Shown here piece after piece: positions 1 through 9,406 of a stretch of DNA of 64,000 nt (position 1 is the stretch's first letter; every line of letters starts with the position of its first letter). Under the pieces are notes generated by a model, which saw nothing but the letters and a program-made list of their open reading frames with translations, was not told where the DNA came from and ran no database searches. The stretch covers positions 64,001 through 128,000 of the forward strand of contig CAVPIB010000001.1 in NCBI GenBank assembly GCA_963704885.1, read 5' to 3'. This stretch comes from an uncultured Actinomycetes bacterium. GTDB lineage: Bacteria; Actinomycetota; UBA4738; HRBIN12. The translations under genes were made by a program, and so were the position numbers.

Positions 1-1357
1 CCACCACGGTCGGAACGAGGAGCCGCAGATACAACCTGTCGAACGGCCAGATCTTCAGGAACCTCCACACGAGCAGCAGCCGGGCGATCGCGCTGATCGT
101 CAAGGTCAGCGCCTGCGCGATGGCGGCCCCGCGGATCCCGAGCACCTCCGGCCGCGCGAGCGCGAAAGCCACGCCGATGTCGAGCGCGAAAGCCCCCAGA
201 TACACCAACAGGTCCCAACCGGTCCGCCCTGCCATGATCAGGATGAACCCGACGGTGCCGACCATCACCGGCATGATCATCCCGACGGTCAGGATGCGGA
301 GCGCCGACTCGCCCTGAACGAACTCCCCACCGAACACGCGCAGAACGAGGCCGGGCAGGATCGCGAGCACCAGAAGGACGGGGATCGTCGCCGCGAGCGT
401 CCAGCGCGTGACCGACTTGTAGAGCGAGTCCAGGTGCTCCCGCTCGTCGCGATGGTGCAGGTCGGCAACGAACGGGCTGAAGGTGAGCGACATGCTCGTC
501 AGGAACAAGAAGAGCGACTGCGCGGCGCGCAGTGCTGCGCCGTAGACCCCGACGCTCGCGGCGCCCTGGCTCCCCTGCGAGCTGGACAGCATGGACAAGA
601 CGAAGAAGTCTCCCCAGAAGATCAGCTGCGAGAACAACGTTGCAGGGGCTCGCAGGCCCCCGAACCGGATCAACGCCCCGGTCCGCTCCTCGGGTATCCC
701 CTCGCGATCCGCCCCGCCGGCCAGCGGACGCGAGCGGACCGTCCATCCGCGCCACGCGATCGCGAGGGCCAGCGCCCACGAGAGCCCGAACGCGAACGTG
801 GTCATGCCGGCGGTCTGCGAGTACGTCCACAGGCCCAGCGCGAGCGCGATCCAACCGAGCGGCTGCGCGACCCATTGCGCGAAGAGCGTGGTCCGCATCA
901 CCTTCAGCCCTCGGGTCGCGCCCATGTAGGTGAAAGCGAGCGCGGCGAGCGGGATGGTGAATGCGGCCGCTTGGAACGCCGGCTCTGCGGCGGGGAGGGC
1001 CGAGAACGCATCCGCGAGCGGTCCGGCGAAGACGAATGCGAGCGCGGCGAACGGGATGCTCACGGCCGCGGCGATCAACACGGACCGGGAAACGAGCCCC
1101 TTCGTGCGTCCCGACTGCCCGCGACCGACCAGGATGGCCACCAACCGCACGTCGGCGACATCCATCCCGAACCGCGTGGCGGCGGCGGCGATGAACGCGA
1201 ACTGGGTCGTCAGCGTCACCACCCCAAAGGCTTGGTCGCCCAGCGCGTTGGTCATAAGCACCTGAGCGGCGAACGTGGCGATGGCCCCGACACCCAAACC
1301 GAGAACGTTCTGACCGGTGTTCCCGAGGATGATCCGGTGATCGCTGGGCGTGGTCAT
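1..1357 (-). CDS. Oligosaccharide flippase (Wzx/MOP family), runs off the window start
   Basis: Not in the ORF track because there is no stop inside the window. Manual translation from ATG 1357 gives MTTPSDHRIILGNTGQNVLGLGVGAIATFAAQVLMTNALGDQAFG..., many TM helices, and VGVYGAALRAA and GIRGAAIA motifs typical of flippases. Confidence 0.85.
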   Translation of the reverse strand, partial: MTTPSDHRIILGNTGQNVLGLGVGAIATFAAQVLMTNALGDQAFGVVTLTTQFAFIAAAATRFGMDVADVRLVAILVGRGQSGRTKGLVSRSVLIAAAVSIPFAALAFVFAGPLADAFSALPAAEPAFQAAAFTIPLAALAFTYMGATRGLKVMRTTLFAQWVAQPLGWIALALGLWTYSQTAGMTTFAFGLSWALALAIAWRGWTVRSRPLAGGADREGIPEERTGALIRFGGLRAPATLFSQLIFWGDFFVLSMLSSSQGSQGAASVGVYGAALRAAQSLFLFLTSMSLTFSPFVADLHHRDEREHLDSLYKSVTRWTLAATIPVLLVLAILPGLVLRVFGGEFVQGESALRILTVGMIMPVMVGTVGFILIMAGRTGWDLLVYLGAFALDIGVAFALARPEVLGIRGAAIAQALTLTISAIARLLLVWRFLKIWPFDRLYLRLLVPTVV

Positions 1358-1414
1358 GGTCGGCCAGAGTATCGCCGACCGACGGCCAGCCCCCTTCGTG
1401 CGGTCTTCAGGGTG

Positions 1415-1780
1415 CTAGCGCCTGGACCTCGCGGTGTCTCGCCACAGGTTCCTCGCGTGCAGCAACAAGGCGACGGCGAAGATCGGACCGGTGATGAACG
1501 GAAGGTTCTCTCTCACCGGACGAGGCAGGTAGATGTCGCTCACCGAGCCCGACTCCGCGCCCAGGTCCTCGGCCACGCTCGTCAGCGGGCAGCGCCACCC
1601 GTTCCCGACGAAGATCAGCGCCTCCGCCGCGACCGCCGCTCCGGCGATCGCCGCACGCCGATCCGAGCGACCGCGCAGCCCAGACCAGAAGAAGTAGGCG
1701 AGCGAAGCCCCCAGCCCGAAGAAGATGACGGTGTGGACCGACTTGATGGCGAAGAGTCCAGCTCTGCGGCGTGTCGTCAA
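1415..1780 (-). CDS. Small membrane protein (DUF2784-like)
   Basis: 121 aa, three hydrophobic segments, GWRCPLT motif. Confidence 0.65.
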   Translation of the reverse strand: MTTRRRAGLFAIKSVHTVIFFGLGASLAYFFWSGLRGRSDRRAAIAGAAVAAEALIFVGNGWRCPLTSVAEDLGAESGSVSDIYLPRPVRENLPFITGPIFAVALLLHARNLWRDTARSRR

Positions 1781-1816
1781 CAGGCCCTCGGTTCTGTCGA
1801 TCTCGCTCAGAGCTCC

Positions 1817-2626
1817 CTAGACGGCCTTGCGGTATAGGCGCACGGCGATCGGCGCGAAGATGGCCAGGATCACGACCGACCACAGGACCGACTTGAGTAC
1901 GAACGATCCGGCGGGTGTCCCGAGCGTGAGCGCACGCACCGCGTCCGCGGTCACCGACACCGGTTGGTTCCTGGCCCACGGCTGCAGCCATCCAGGCATG
2001 TTCGCCACAGGGACGAACGCGGCCGAAGCGAACACCAGCGGCGCCAGCACGGGGAAGGCGGCCGCCTGCGCCGTCTCCGGATCCTTCACCGCCAACCCGA
2101 CGGTCGCGAAGATCCACGACATCGCGTAGCCGAACAGCAGCACCAGCAGGGCGCCCTCGATTACGCCGAGGACGTTCGTGTGGATCCTCCAGCCGACAAG
2201 GAATCCCACGATCATCATGAGGATCACGACGAAGACGTTCCGGACGAGGTCCGCCAGCGTTCGGCCCACCAAGACGGCCGGCGTCCACATCGGGAGAGCG
2301 TGGAACCGTTCCATCAGACCCGACTTCAGGTCCGTCGCCAGGCCCACCGCCGTGGCCAAAGACCCGAAGACCACCACTTGAAGGAAGATCCCCGGCATCA
2401 GGTAATCCACGTAGGGGATCGGACCCGTGTCGATCGAGCCGCCGAAGACGTAGCGGAACATCAGCACGAACACGATCGGCTGGATCGTGGAGAACACCAG
2501 CAACTGCGGGACTCGGAGATACAGCGTCAGGTTACGCCTCATGACGGCGAGCGTGTCGCGGACGCTTCCGAGCGGGATCCGTCGATCGATGTCATCGAGC
2601 GCGGTCAACACCGGAGTGGAGCTCAT
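1817..2626 (-). CDS. ABC-2 type exporter permease (DrrB-like)
   Basis: Six TM segments, YVDYLMPG and PVANMPGWLQ motifs; overlaps the ATPase stop. Confidence 0.92.
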   Translation of the reverse strand: MSSTPVLTALDDIDRRIPLGSVRDTLAVMRRNLTLYLRVPQLLVFSTIQPIVFVLMFRYVFGGSIDTGPIPYVDYLMPGIFLQVVVFGSLATAVGLATDLKSGLMERFHALPMWTPAVLVGRTLADLVRNVFVVILMMIVGFLVGWRIHTNVLGVIEGALLVLLFGYAMSWIFATVGLAVKDPETAQAAAFPVLAPLVFASAAFVPVANMPGWLQPWARNQPVSVTADAVRALTLGTPAGSFVLKSVLWSVVILAIFAPIAVRLYRKAV

Positions 2627-3621
2627 GCGGCACCTCCTCGCCGGCGCGAGGTCGGCTTCTCATCGGTGACCATCGCCTCATCCGACTCGGCGTGATGACC
2701 GGTGAGGGAGAGGAACACGTCGTCCAGACTCGGCTCGCGAACCGTGAGGGTGTCCGGCTCCGCGCCGTTGGCGTCCAGGGTCCGCAGGGCGTCGATCAAG
2801 ATGCGGGCGCCGTCGTTCGACGTGATGCGGACGATCTCGTCTTCGCGCTCGACCTGTCCGTTGACGTGCCCGGTCAGCAAGCCGAGGGCCCGCTCCGAAC
2901 CGCCATCCCGATCGAACCGCATCTCGACGACCGTGGTGCCCAGCTGAGACTTGAGGTTCGAGGGCGTGTCGTTCGCGATGACCTTGCCACCGTCGACGAC
3001 CGCGATCCGCTCGGCCAGCCGGTCGGCCTCCTCCAGGTACTGGGTCGTCAACATGACGGTCGTACCGTCGGCGACCAGCCGCTCGATCGTCTCCCACAAC
3101 GTGTTGCGACTGGAGAGGTCGAGACCTGTCGTGGGCTCGTCCAGGAACAGGACAGGAGGATGGGCCACGAGAGAGGCTGCGACATCTAGGCGCCTGCGCA
3201 TGCCGCCCGAGTAGGTTCGCAGCGGCCGGTCCGCAGCATCCGTCAACTCGAACCGCTCCAGCAGCTCGGCCGCCCGTGGCGCCACCTCAGAGCCGGGGAG
3301 CTGGCCAAGGACCCCAACCATCCGGAGGTTCTCGCGCCCGGTGAGATTGGGATCGACGGCGGCGTTCTGCCCGGCAAGACCGATCCGGCGCCTGACGGCG
3401 GCGGCATCGCGGACCACATCGTGCCCCAGCACCTCTGCGCGACCGCCATCAGGCTTCAAGATCGTGGCCAGGATCCTGACGGCCGTGGTCTTGCCGGCCC
3501 CGTTCGGCCCTAGGAGGCCGAAGACAGACCCGATCGGGACCTCGAGGTCTATGCCGCCCAACGCTTCCAGGTCGCCGTATCGCTTCTCGAGCCCCTCGGT
3601 GCGGATAGCGAAGTCGCTCAC
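2623..3621 (-). CDS. ABC exporter ATP-binding protein (DrrA-like)
   Basis: GPNGAGKT, YSGGMRRRL, LFLDEPTTGLD, C-terminal PSLDDVFL. Start moved to GTG 3621. Confidence 0.93.
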   Translation of the reverse strand: MSDFAIRTEGLEKRYGDLEALGGIDLEVPIGSVFGLLGPNGAGKTTAVRILATILKPDGGRAEVLGHDVVRDAAAVRRRIGLAGQNAAVDPNLTGRENLRMVGVLGQLPGSEVAPRAAELLERFELTDAADRPLRTYSGGMRRRLDVAASLVAHPPVLFLDEPTTGLDLSSRNTLWETIERLVADGTTVMLTTQYLEEADRLAERIAVVDGGKVIANDTPSNLKSQLGTTVVEMRFDRDGGSERALGLLTGHVNGQVEREDEIVRITSNDGARILIDALRTLDANGAEPDTLTVREPSLDDVFLSLTGHHAESDEAMVTDEKPTSRRRGGAA

Positions 3622-3820
3622 AAGGAAGAACCTTCCCACAGATCTCGTCACGGCTTCAGCACACGTCCTGCGCCACTTCGGCACATGCGGGGTGCAGGAT
3701 AGGTCTATGAGCCCAACCAAAGCTATCCGACAAGCACGGTTCCGTTGGCGCCGCTGGCGGTACTACCGGCGATTCCCGTGGCACCGCCCGGACGCACCGA
3801 GCTAGCGCGTCACCGACGGT

Positions 3821-3957
3821 GTCCACCAGTGGACGCGAGCGGACGAGTGCCCCACCTTCTGCTGTCCACGGGTTCACAGGTGCGACCTGCGGTTCCTGTC
3901 GTCAACAGGTGGACGCCCGACCGGGATCGGCCCTCGCTTTGGAGTCAACAGGTTGAC
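3821..3957. repeat. Dispersed 137-bp element with four 14-bp palindromes, copy 1
   Basis: Units GTCCACCAGTGGAC (3821), GTCCACGGGTTCAC (3864), GTCAACAGGTGGAC (3901), GTCAACAGGTTGAC (3944); spacing 43/37/43. Confidence 0.85.
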
Positions 3958-3959
3958 AC

Positions 3960-4469
3960 CTACGTGGCGCTATCTCCACCCAGCTCGAGTGCGGAAGCGA
4001 TCTGGTCGGCCCAGGCGCGGATAGCATCCCAATCACGGAAGTCACCATCGGGCGCCTTCACGGCCTTGACCATCATCCGCTCGCCGAACCCCAGCTTGCC
4101 CCGATCGAGAGCTCCGAAGAAGATCCGGTGCTCGTTCGGCTGGAGGTCGCTCGTGAGCGCCTCCAACTGTTTCGGCTGCTGCTCGTCATCCTCGACCTGC
4201 TCGCCGAGCGGCCCGCTGCTGAACAGCCAGACCGGTAGGGCGGCCAGGACATCCTTGTTCGCTCGCGCGAACTCGACCGCTTCATCCCGCCACGAACCGG
4301 CGTAGACCGCACTCCCCAGAACCACAGCGTCCACGCCATCCAGACCCGGAGCCGCAGCCGCCGAGACCGCATCGGCACTCAGCCCGCGCGCTCGGAGCTG
4401 CTCGGCGATCGCCTCCGCTACCCCCTGCGTCGCTCCGTGCTTGCTGGCGTAGGCGACCAGGACGTTCAT
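3960..4469 (-). CDS. Flavodoxin-domain protein (HemG-like)
   Basis: YASKHGAT phosphate loop, GSAVYAG, GDFRDW. Confidence 0.9.
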   Translation of the reverse strand: MNVLVAYASKHGATQGVAEAIAEQLRARGLSADAVSAAAAPGLDGVDAVVLGSAVYAGSWRDEAVEFARANKDVLAALPVWLFSSGPLGEQVEDDEQQPKQLEALTSDLQPNEHRIFFGALDRGKLGFGERMMVKAVKAPDGDFRDWDAIRAWADQIASALELGGDSAT

Positions 4470-4494
4470 CTCGCTGCTCCCTTCTGGCTAGAGA

Positions 4495-4998
4495 TCAGGC
4501 ACTCCGACGCCGAGGCGGCCGGGCCTTTCCACCCATGCCCTCAGGTTTGTAGGTCGCCACCCATTCGTCGTGGGCCGGCGTCTGCTCGCCCACGACGTAG
4601 AGGAACCAGTAGGCGCCGAGTTGCCCCAGGAACTTGAACCGCTTCACCAGATCCTTCTGCAGCGCGTCGTACGCAGGGAACGAGCGCAGGTACTTCTTGA
4701 ACGACCCGTGCTCGCGATCGAGCGACAGCATCGCTTCGGCGTTCTGCACGGTGGCCGTGATCTTCGCCCGGTTGCGGATCAGGCGCGTGTCGGTCACCAA
4801 CGCGTCAACGTCGGCGGGAGTCAGGTTCGCGACGTGCTCGGGGTCGAAGCCGCCGAAAGCTTCGGTGGTCCCTTGCCACTTTGCCTCGACGACCCGCCAG
4901 CTGATGCCTGACTGGAAGACCGCACGCGTCAACACGTCGAGGTAGTCGGCGAGTCCTTTCGGGCGGATCTTCTTCGGCGCGTCCTGCGGCTGCGGCAT
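4495..4998 (-). CDS. DNA-3-methyladenine glycosylase I family (Tag-like)
   Basis: FQSGISW, IRNRAKI and KRFKFLG motifs. Confidence 0.85.
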   Translation of the reverse strand: MPQPQDAPKKIRPKGLADYLDVLTRAVFQSGISWRVVEAKWQGTTEAFGGFDPEHVANLTPADVDALVTDTRLIRNRAKITATVQNAEAMLSLDREHGSFKKYLRSFPAYDALQKDLVKRFKFLGQLGAYWFLYVVGEQTPAHDEWVATYKPEGMGGKARPPRRRSA

Positions 4999-5093
4999 AC
5001 GTGACCTCCTCCCCGGAACACGTTATCGCCATATGGCATTCACCGGCGCTTCCGGAGAGGGACGGCCGGGGCGCGGTACGGTCCTTGGCAGGG

Positions 5094-6419
5094 ATGCCGC
5101 ACTCTGGCCGTCACATGTTCGCTCGCGGACGTCGCAGCTCTCGGCTGGCTGTCCGCGGCCTGTCGCTGGTTGCGGTGGCCGCAGTAAGCGTGGCCGCGGT
5201 GATCCTAGTTCCGTCATGGCTCCGGTCGCGATCCACGGAACCGACCCCTTCGCCCATCGCGGCAGCTCCCTCATGCCCGTCGGCTCGCTTCGCCGGCGAG
5301 GCTGCACTCGGGTCCGTCGTCTGGGTCGATGGCGAGGTCCTCCACCTGCTGGATCTGGACACGTGCGACGAACGGATCCTGGTCGAGAGCGGGGCGGCTC
5401 CCCCGATCCGGTTCAGCTATGACGGCTCCTGGGTCGCGTTCGGCGACGGCGCGATGGTTCCGGCGGGCGGTGGCGAGGTCCAGAGCCCTGTCGGGTCTCT
5501 GGACGACTGGGCGTGGTCACCCACCGACGACGTGCTGGCCGGAGCGACGGCCGGAGGCGGGATGGTGGTCGGTGGTCCAGACGAGGTCCGGCGGGTCCTT
5601 CTAGAGGACGGGTCCGACGTGGGTCACGTCGCGTTCAGCCCCGACGGCGGCTCGCTCGGCGTGGACACCGGCGGAGATCGGGTCGTTGTCGTCGACGTGA
5701 TCGACGGTGCCACGAAGACCCTCTACAGGGTGTCGCCCGGAGCGAAGGCCCCACCACAGGTGACCGGCTGGTCGCCGGACGGTCGTTGGTTGTTGTTCTT
5801 CTCCAGGTTCCCCGGGCGGGCGAGCGTCCCGTTGAACGCCGCCCCCGCCGACGGCGGCGACTGGGTGAACGTGTTCGACCCCGTGCTGCCCTACGACGAC
5901 TTCATCAGCTGGTGTGGACGGAGCGTGGCCCTATCCGGCGGCGCGGAACGGTCGCCGAGCGCTGGGAACCAGATCCTCGTATCGGCTCCGCCCGACTGGC
6001 GTTACCGCAACCTGTCCAAGGACTTCACTCGAAGCTGGATCTGGCCGGCTTGCTCGCCCGACGGCCGGTGGGTCGTCGCGACGGCTACCCCGAACCGCCC
6101 AGAATCGACGCCGGGGCGCGGGATACGAGCCCTGTGGTTACTCGCCACCGACGGCGATCATCGCGCGCGGCTGACCGGACCCGGCAACGCAGCCTTCGAG
6201 ACGGCCCGGTGGTCCGCCGACGGCCGGTTCCTCTTGGTGGTGCGGCGGGGCATCGAACCGACCTCCGACGGCGCCCTTCTCCTGTTGAGTTTCGACCCGG
6301 CCTCGGGCAGGACCAAGCGCGCCGCGGGACCCGTAGCTCGGATCGGCGCCGCCCCGGGTGAAGCCGGTCACACCGACTGGTCCAACACGAGCGACTGGTA
6401 CCGGCCCCCGGCGCCGTGA
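5094..6419 (+). CDS. Membrane-anchored TolB/PD40-like beta-propeller protein
   Basis: N-terminal TM helix; repeated WSP(T/A)D, FSPDG and WSPDGR motifs. Start uncertain. Confidence 0.75.
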   Translation: MPHSGRHMFARGRRSSRLAVRGLSLVAVAAVSVAAVILVPSWLRSRSTEPTPSPIAAAPSCPSARFAGEAALGSVVWVDGEVLHLLDLDTCDERILVESGAAPPIRFSYDGSWVAFGDGAMVPAGGGEVQSPVGSLDDWAWSPTDDVLAGATAGGGMVVGGPDEVRRVLLEDGSDVGHVAFSPDGGSLGVDTGGDRVVVVDVIDGATKTLYRVSPGAKAPPQVTGWSPDGRWLLFFSRFPGRASVPLNAAPADGGDWVNVFDPVLPYDDFISWCGRSVALSGGAERSPSAGNQILVSAPPDWRYRNLSKDFTRSWIWPACSPDGRWVVATATPNRPESTPGRGIRALWLLATDGDHRARLTGPGNAAFETARWSADGRFLLVVRRGIEPTSDGALLLLSFDPASGRTKRAAGPVARIGAAPGEAGHTDWSNTSDWYRPPAP

Positions 6420-6453
6420 GCACGCGGCCTTCCCGGGCCGTACCGTGTGCTGC

Positions 6454-7392
6454 GTGTCCGGCGTGATCCAGATCGAAGGACTCCGCAAGGAGTACCGGCG
6501 GCTCCGCGGTGGATCGACCCTCGCCGTCGACGGACTCGACCTGGAGATCCCAGAAGGCGGCGTGTACGGGTTCCTCGGACCCAACGGCGCCGGGAAGACG
6601 ACAACTATCCGCTGCCTGCTCGGGCTGGTGCGACCCTCGGCGGGCAACCTCCGGCTACTAGGTGCCGACGTTCCTCGAGGACTCGCCGGCGTGCTCCCGC
6701 GCGTGGGTTCGATCGTTGAGGAACCCGCGATGTTCGCCCGCTTCACCGGGCGCCGGAACCTGGAGATACTCGCGCGGCTGGACGGGATCGGTAGGGCCGC
6801 GATCGATGCTGCGCTCGAGCGCGTCGGCCTCTCGGACCGCGCCGACGACATGGTGAAGACCTACTCACTGGGCATGAAGCAGCGCCTGGCCCTGGCCGCC
6901 GCGCTGCTGAAGGACCCCGAGGTCCTGGTGCTCGACGAGCCCGCGAACGGGCTCGACCCGGCGGGGATCGTGGAGGTACGCGAGCTGCTTCGAAGCCTCG
7001 GCGCGGAAGGGCGCACCGTCTTCGTCTCCAGCCACATCTTGTCCGAGATCCAACAGACGGCGGATCGGGTGGCGATCTTGTCGCGCGGACGGTGCGTGAA
7101 GGCCGGGCCCGTGCGCGAGGTGCTCGCCGCTGGTGCCGGGGATGGCCTGATCGTCCGGCTGCGGGATCTTGAAGCGGGGCGACAAGCTCTCGCCGCCGCG
7201 GGCTTGCCCGCTGCGGTGTCGGGCGACTCGCTCAGGGTGACGGCCCCGCCCGAGCAATCCGAGCGGATCTCACGCACGCTCGCCGAGCAGGGCCTCTACG
7301 TGACCGAGCTCCGACCCGAGGAGGTCGACCTGGAGACCGTGTTCCTGGAGCTGACCCGCGACCCGGATCCTGCCGAGAGGTCGGACGGTTGA
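6454..7392 (+). CDS. ABC transporter ATP-binding protein
   Basis: GPNGAGKT, YSLGMKQRL, LDEPANGLD, SSH motifs. Confidence 0.93.
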   Translation: MSGVIQIEGLRKEYRRLRGGSTLAVDGLDLEIPEGGVYGFLGPNGAGKTTTIRCLLGLVRPSAGNLRLLGADVPRGLAGVLPRVGSIVEEPAMFARFTGRRNLEILARLDGIGRAAIDAALERVGLSDRADDMVKTYSLGMKQRLALAAALLKDPEVLVLDEPANGLDPAGIVEVRELLRSLGAEGRTVFVSSHILSEIQQTADRVAILSRGRCVKAGPVREVLAAGAGDGLIVRLRDLEAGRQALAAAGLPAAVSGDSLRVTAPPEQSERISRTLAEQGLYVTELRPEEVDLETVFLELTRDPDPAERSDG

Positions 7393-8150
7393 TGCGCCTC
7401 GTCCGCTCCGAGTTCCTCCGTCTGCTGTCGCGCAGGATCGTACGAGTGCTGGCGGTCATCGCCGCGATCGGCTTCGTGGTCGGGAGCGTGATCGCGGCGG
7501 TGAACTCCCGCCCTAGCAGCCCGCTACTCCTGTCGCAGCTTCCGGACTTCTTCAAAGGGGTCGCGTTCTTCCTGGTGGTGATCGGGCTGATGATCGGCGC
7601 GTCATCGGTGGGTGCCGACTGGCAGCGGGCAACGTTCGGGACGCTGCTCGTTTGGGAACCGAGGCGCGCGCGGATCCTGCTCATCCGAGTGTGCGTGATC
7701 ATCGTCGTCGTGTTCGCGCTCTCGATGCTGCTGGAAGCACTTCTCGGGCTGACGATCGCTGCGGGCTCGGCCTGGCGAGGCTCGACCGCCGACATCCCGG
7801 ACGCATGGTTGCGGTCTGTTGTGGGCACCGCGGCGCGGATCGGCATCACATCGGCCGTCGTCGCAGTCATCGGTGCGTCGATCGCGTCGATCGGTCGGCA
7901 CACGGCCGCCGCGCTCGGCGCCGTGTTCGTCTATCTGGCCGTGGTTGAAGGCTTCCTACGCGGCCTCGCCACGGATTGGACGCCGAACATGTTGAGCTCC
8001 GCGATCGGGGTATTCGTGGACGGGCAGCCGGGCGATCCCGGTAATGGGTCAGTGCTCTCGGTGGAGCGCGCCCTGATCACGATGCTCGTGTACGCGGGGA
8101 TCCTGTTGATCGCTGCCCTGGTGCTCTTCCGCGCCCGCGACGTGAACTGA
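7389..8150 (+). CDS. ABC-2 transporter permease
   Basis: Six TM helices, C-terminal FRARDV; coupled to the ATPase. Confidence 0.88.
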   Translation: MMRLVRSEFLRLLSRRIVRVLAVIAAIGFVVGSVIAAVNSRPSSPLLLSQLPDFFKGVAFFLVVIGLMIGASSVGADWQRATFGTLLVWEPRRARILLIRVCVIIVVVFALSMLLEALLGLTIAAGSAWRGSTADIPDAWLRSVVGTAARIGITSAVVAVIGASIASIGRHTAAALGAVFVYLAVVEGFLRGLATDWTPNMLSSAIGVFVDGQPGDPGNGSVLSVERALITMLVYAGILLIAALVLFRARDVN

Positions 8151-8161
8151 GCTTCGGCAGA

Positions 8162-9280
8162 TCAAACGCCGACCGCCATCGTCTCGCCGGCTCGACGGCT
8201 CCCCGACCGGCCGTGGAGGTGCTTGACCACGAACGCGGCGTCGCGGCCGACGCCGGGCAGCGTGTCGGAGGTCGCCGCGAACTGGAACTGCAGCCCCATG
8301 AAGCCGAGGCCCGGCTCCGCCGGCACCAGGCCGCGCCGGTGCACGACCTCGCCCGACTCGTCGAAGATAGGCAGGTCTATCCAGGAGAAGTCGCGTCGGA
8401 ACCCCGTGCACCAGATCACGTTGGTCACGTCCAGCACGCGGCCGTCCTCCAGGACCGGCCGGCCGTCTCGCACGTCCGTCACCTTTGGGACCCGCTCGAT
8501 CCCGGCGGCCAGGATGTCCTTCGGCTTCACGCGCACCAGGATGTCGCCGTGCATCGCGTCGTGCCTCTGCATCTTCCGCCCAAGGGGCGTTCGCAGCGTT
8601 AGCACGTGTTGCCCCGCGAACCGAACGATCCGGATCAAGAGGTGCCGCGACACGAACGTCTCTATCCGGAACGGCACGTGGCCTGTGTCAGGTCCCGAGA
8701 GCCACGTTGGATGATCGCGGATGACTTCCATCGAGATATCGGCACCGGAGTTGCCGGCGCCCACCACCAGCACGCCGCCTTCACGGAGCTGGGCTGGGCC
8801 CCGGTAGTGGCTGGAATGCAACTGCACTATCGAGGGATCCAGCCGGTCGGCGAACACCGGGGTCCGCGGCGTGCGGTTGGCGCCCGTGGCCACGATCACG
8901 CTGTCGGCCTCGAACCGATCCTCTCCCGCCGACACGATGAACCGTCCATCCTCCTTCCAGAGCCGATCGACATGGACGTTGCTGCGAACCGGGAGGTCGA
9001 ACCCCTCGGAGTAGGACTCCAGGTAGTCGGCCATCTGATCCTTCGAAGCGAAGCTCGAGCCGGGCGCGGGGAAACGCCCCCCCGGTAACCCGGCGTATCG
9101 AGCGGGCGTGAACAGCAGGAGCGAGTCCCACCGCTTCCGCCACGCATCTCCGACCCTCGACTCGGCATCCAGTATCACGAAACGCCGTTCGACCTTCCTC
9201 AGGTGGTAGCTTGCGGCGAGCCCGGCCTGTCCCCCTCCGATGACGATCGTGTCGACCCATTCCACACCGTTGCTGCTCAT
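8162..9280 (-). CDS. Flavin-containing monooxygenase (CzcO-like)
   Basis: GGGQAG FAD motif, LHSSHY FMO motif, GAGNSG NADPH motif, WCTGF. Confidence 0.9.
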   Translation of the reverse strand: MSSNGVEWVDTIVIGGGQAGLAASYHLRKVERRFVILDAESRVGDAWRKRWDSLLLFTPARYAGLPGGRFPAPGSSFASKDQMADYLESYSEGFDLPVRSNVHVDRLWKEDGRFIVSAGEDRFEADSVIVATGANRTPRTPVFADRLDPSIVQLHSSHYRGPAQLREGGVLVVGAGNSGADISMEVIRDHPTWLSGPDTGHVPFRIETFVSRHLLIRIVRFAGQHVLTLRTPLGRKMQRHDAMHGDILVRVKPKDILAAGIERVPKVTDVRDGRPVLEDGRVLDVTNVIWCTGFRRDFSWIDLPIFDESGEVVHRRGLVPAEPGLGFMGLQFQFAATSDTLPGVGRDAAFVVKHLHGRSGSRRAGETMAVGV

Positions 9281-9374
9281 CGTTCGCCTCCGTTCGTCGT
9301 TCTGACGGTCGACCCTAGGCGTGCAGGTCATGCGCGCTCATCGCCGGAACCAACCAACCTCGGAAACACCTGTC

Positions 9375-9392
9375 GTGGTGAAGATTGACCAC
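9375..9392. promoter_or_regulatory. Imperfect palindrome, probable LuxR-type operator for the FMO gene
   Basis: GTGGTGAAGATTGACCAC between the luxR stop and the FMO start; function inferred. Confidence 0.5.
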
Positions 9393-9406
9393 GCCAGGAG
9401 CGGGCG

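Noticed and set aside
434-1837. Long plus-strand ORF and many similar Arg/Pro/Gly-rich ORFs across the window
   Set aside because: These are shadow frames of real genes on the opposite strand or in another frame, as expected in high-GC DNA; they contain no motifs.
3821-3957. CRISPR interpretation of the spaced palindromes (also 11060-11196)
   Set aside because: Repeats are only 14 bp and degenerate, the central spacer is shared between copies, and there are no cas genes.
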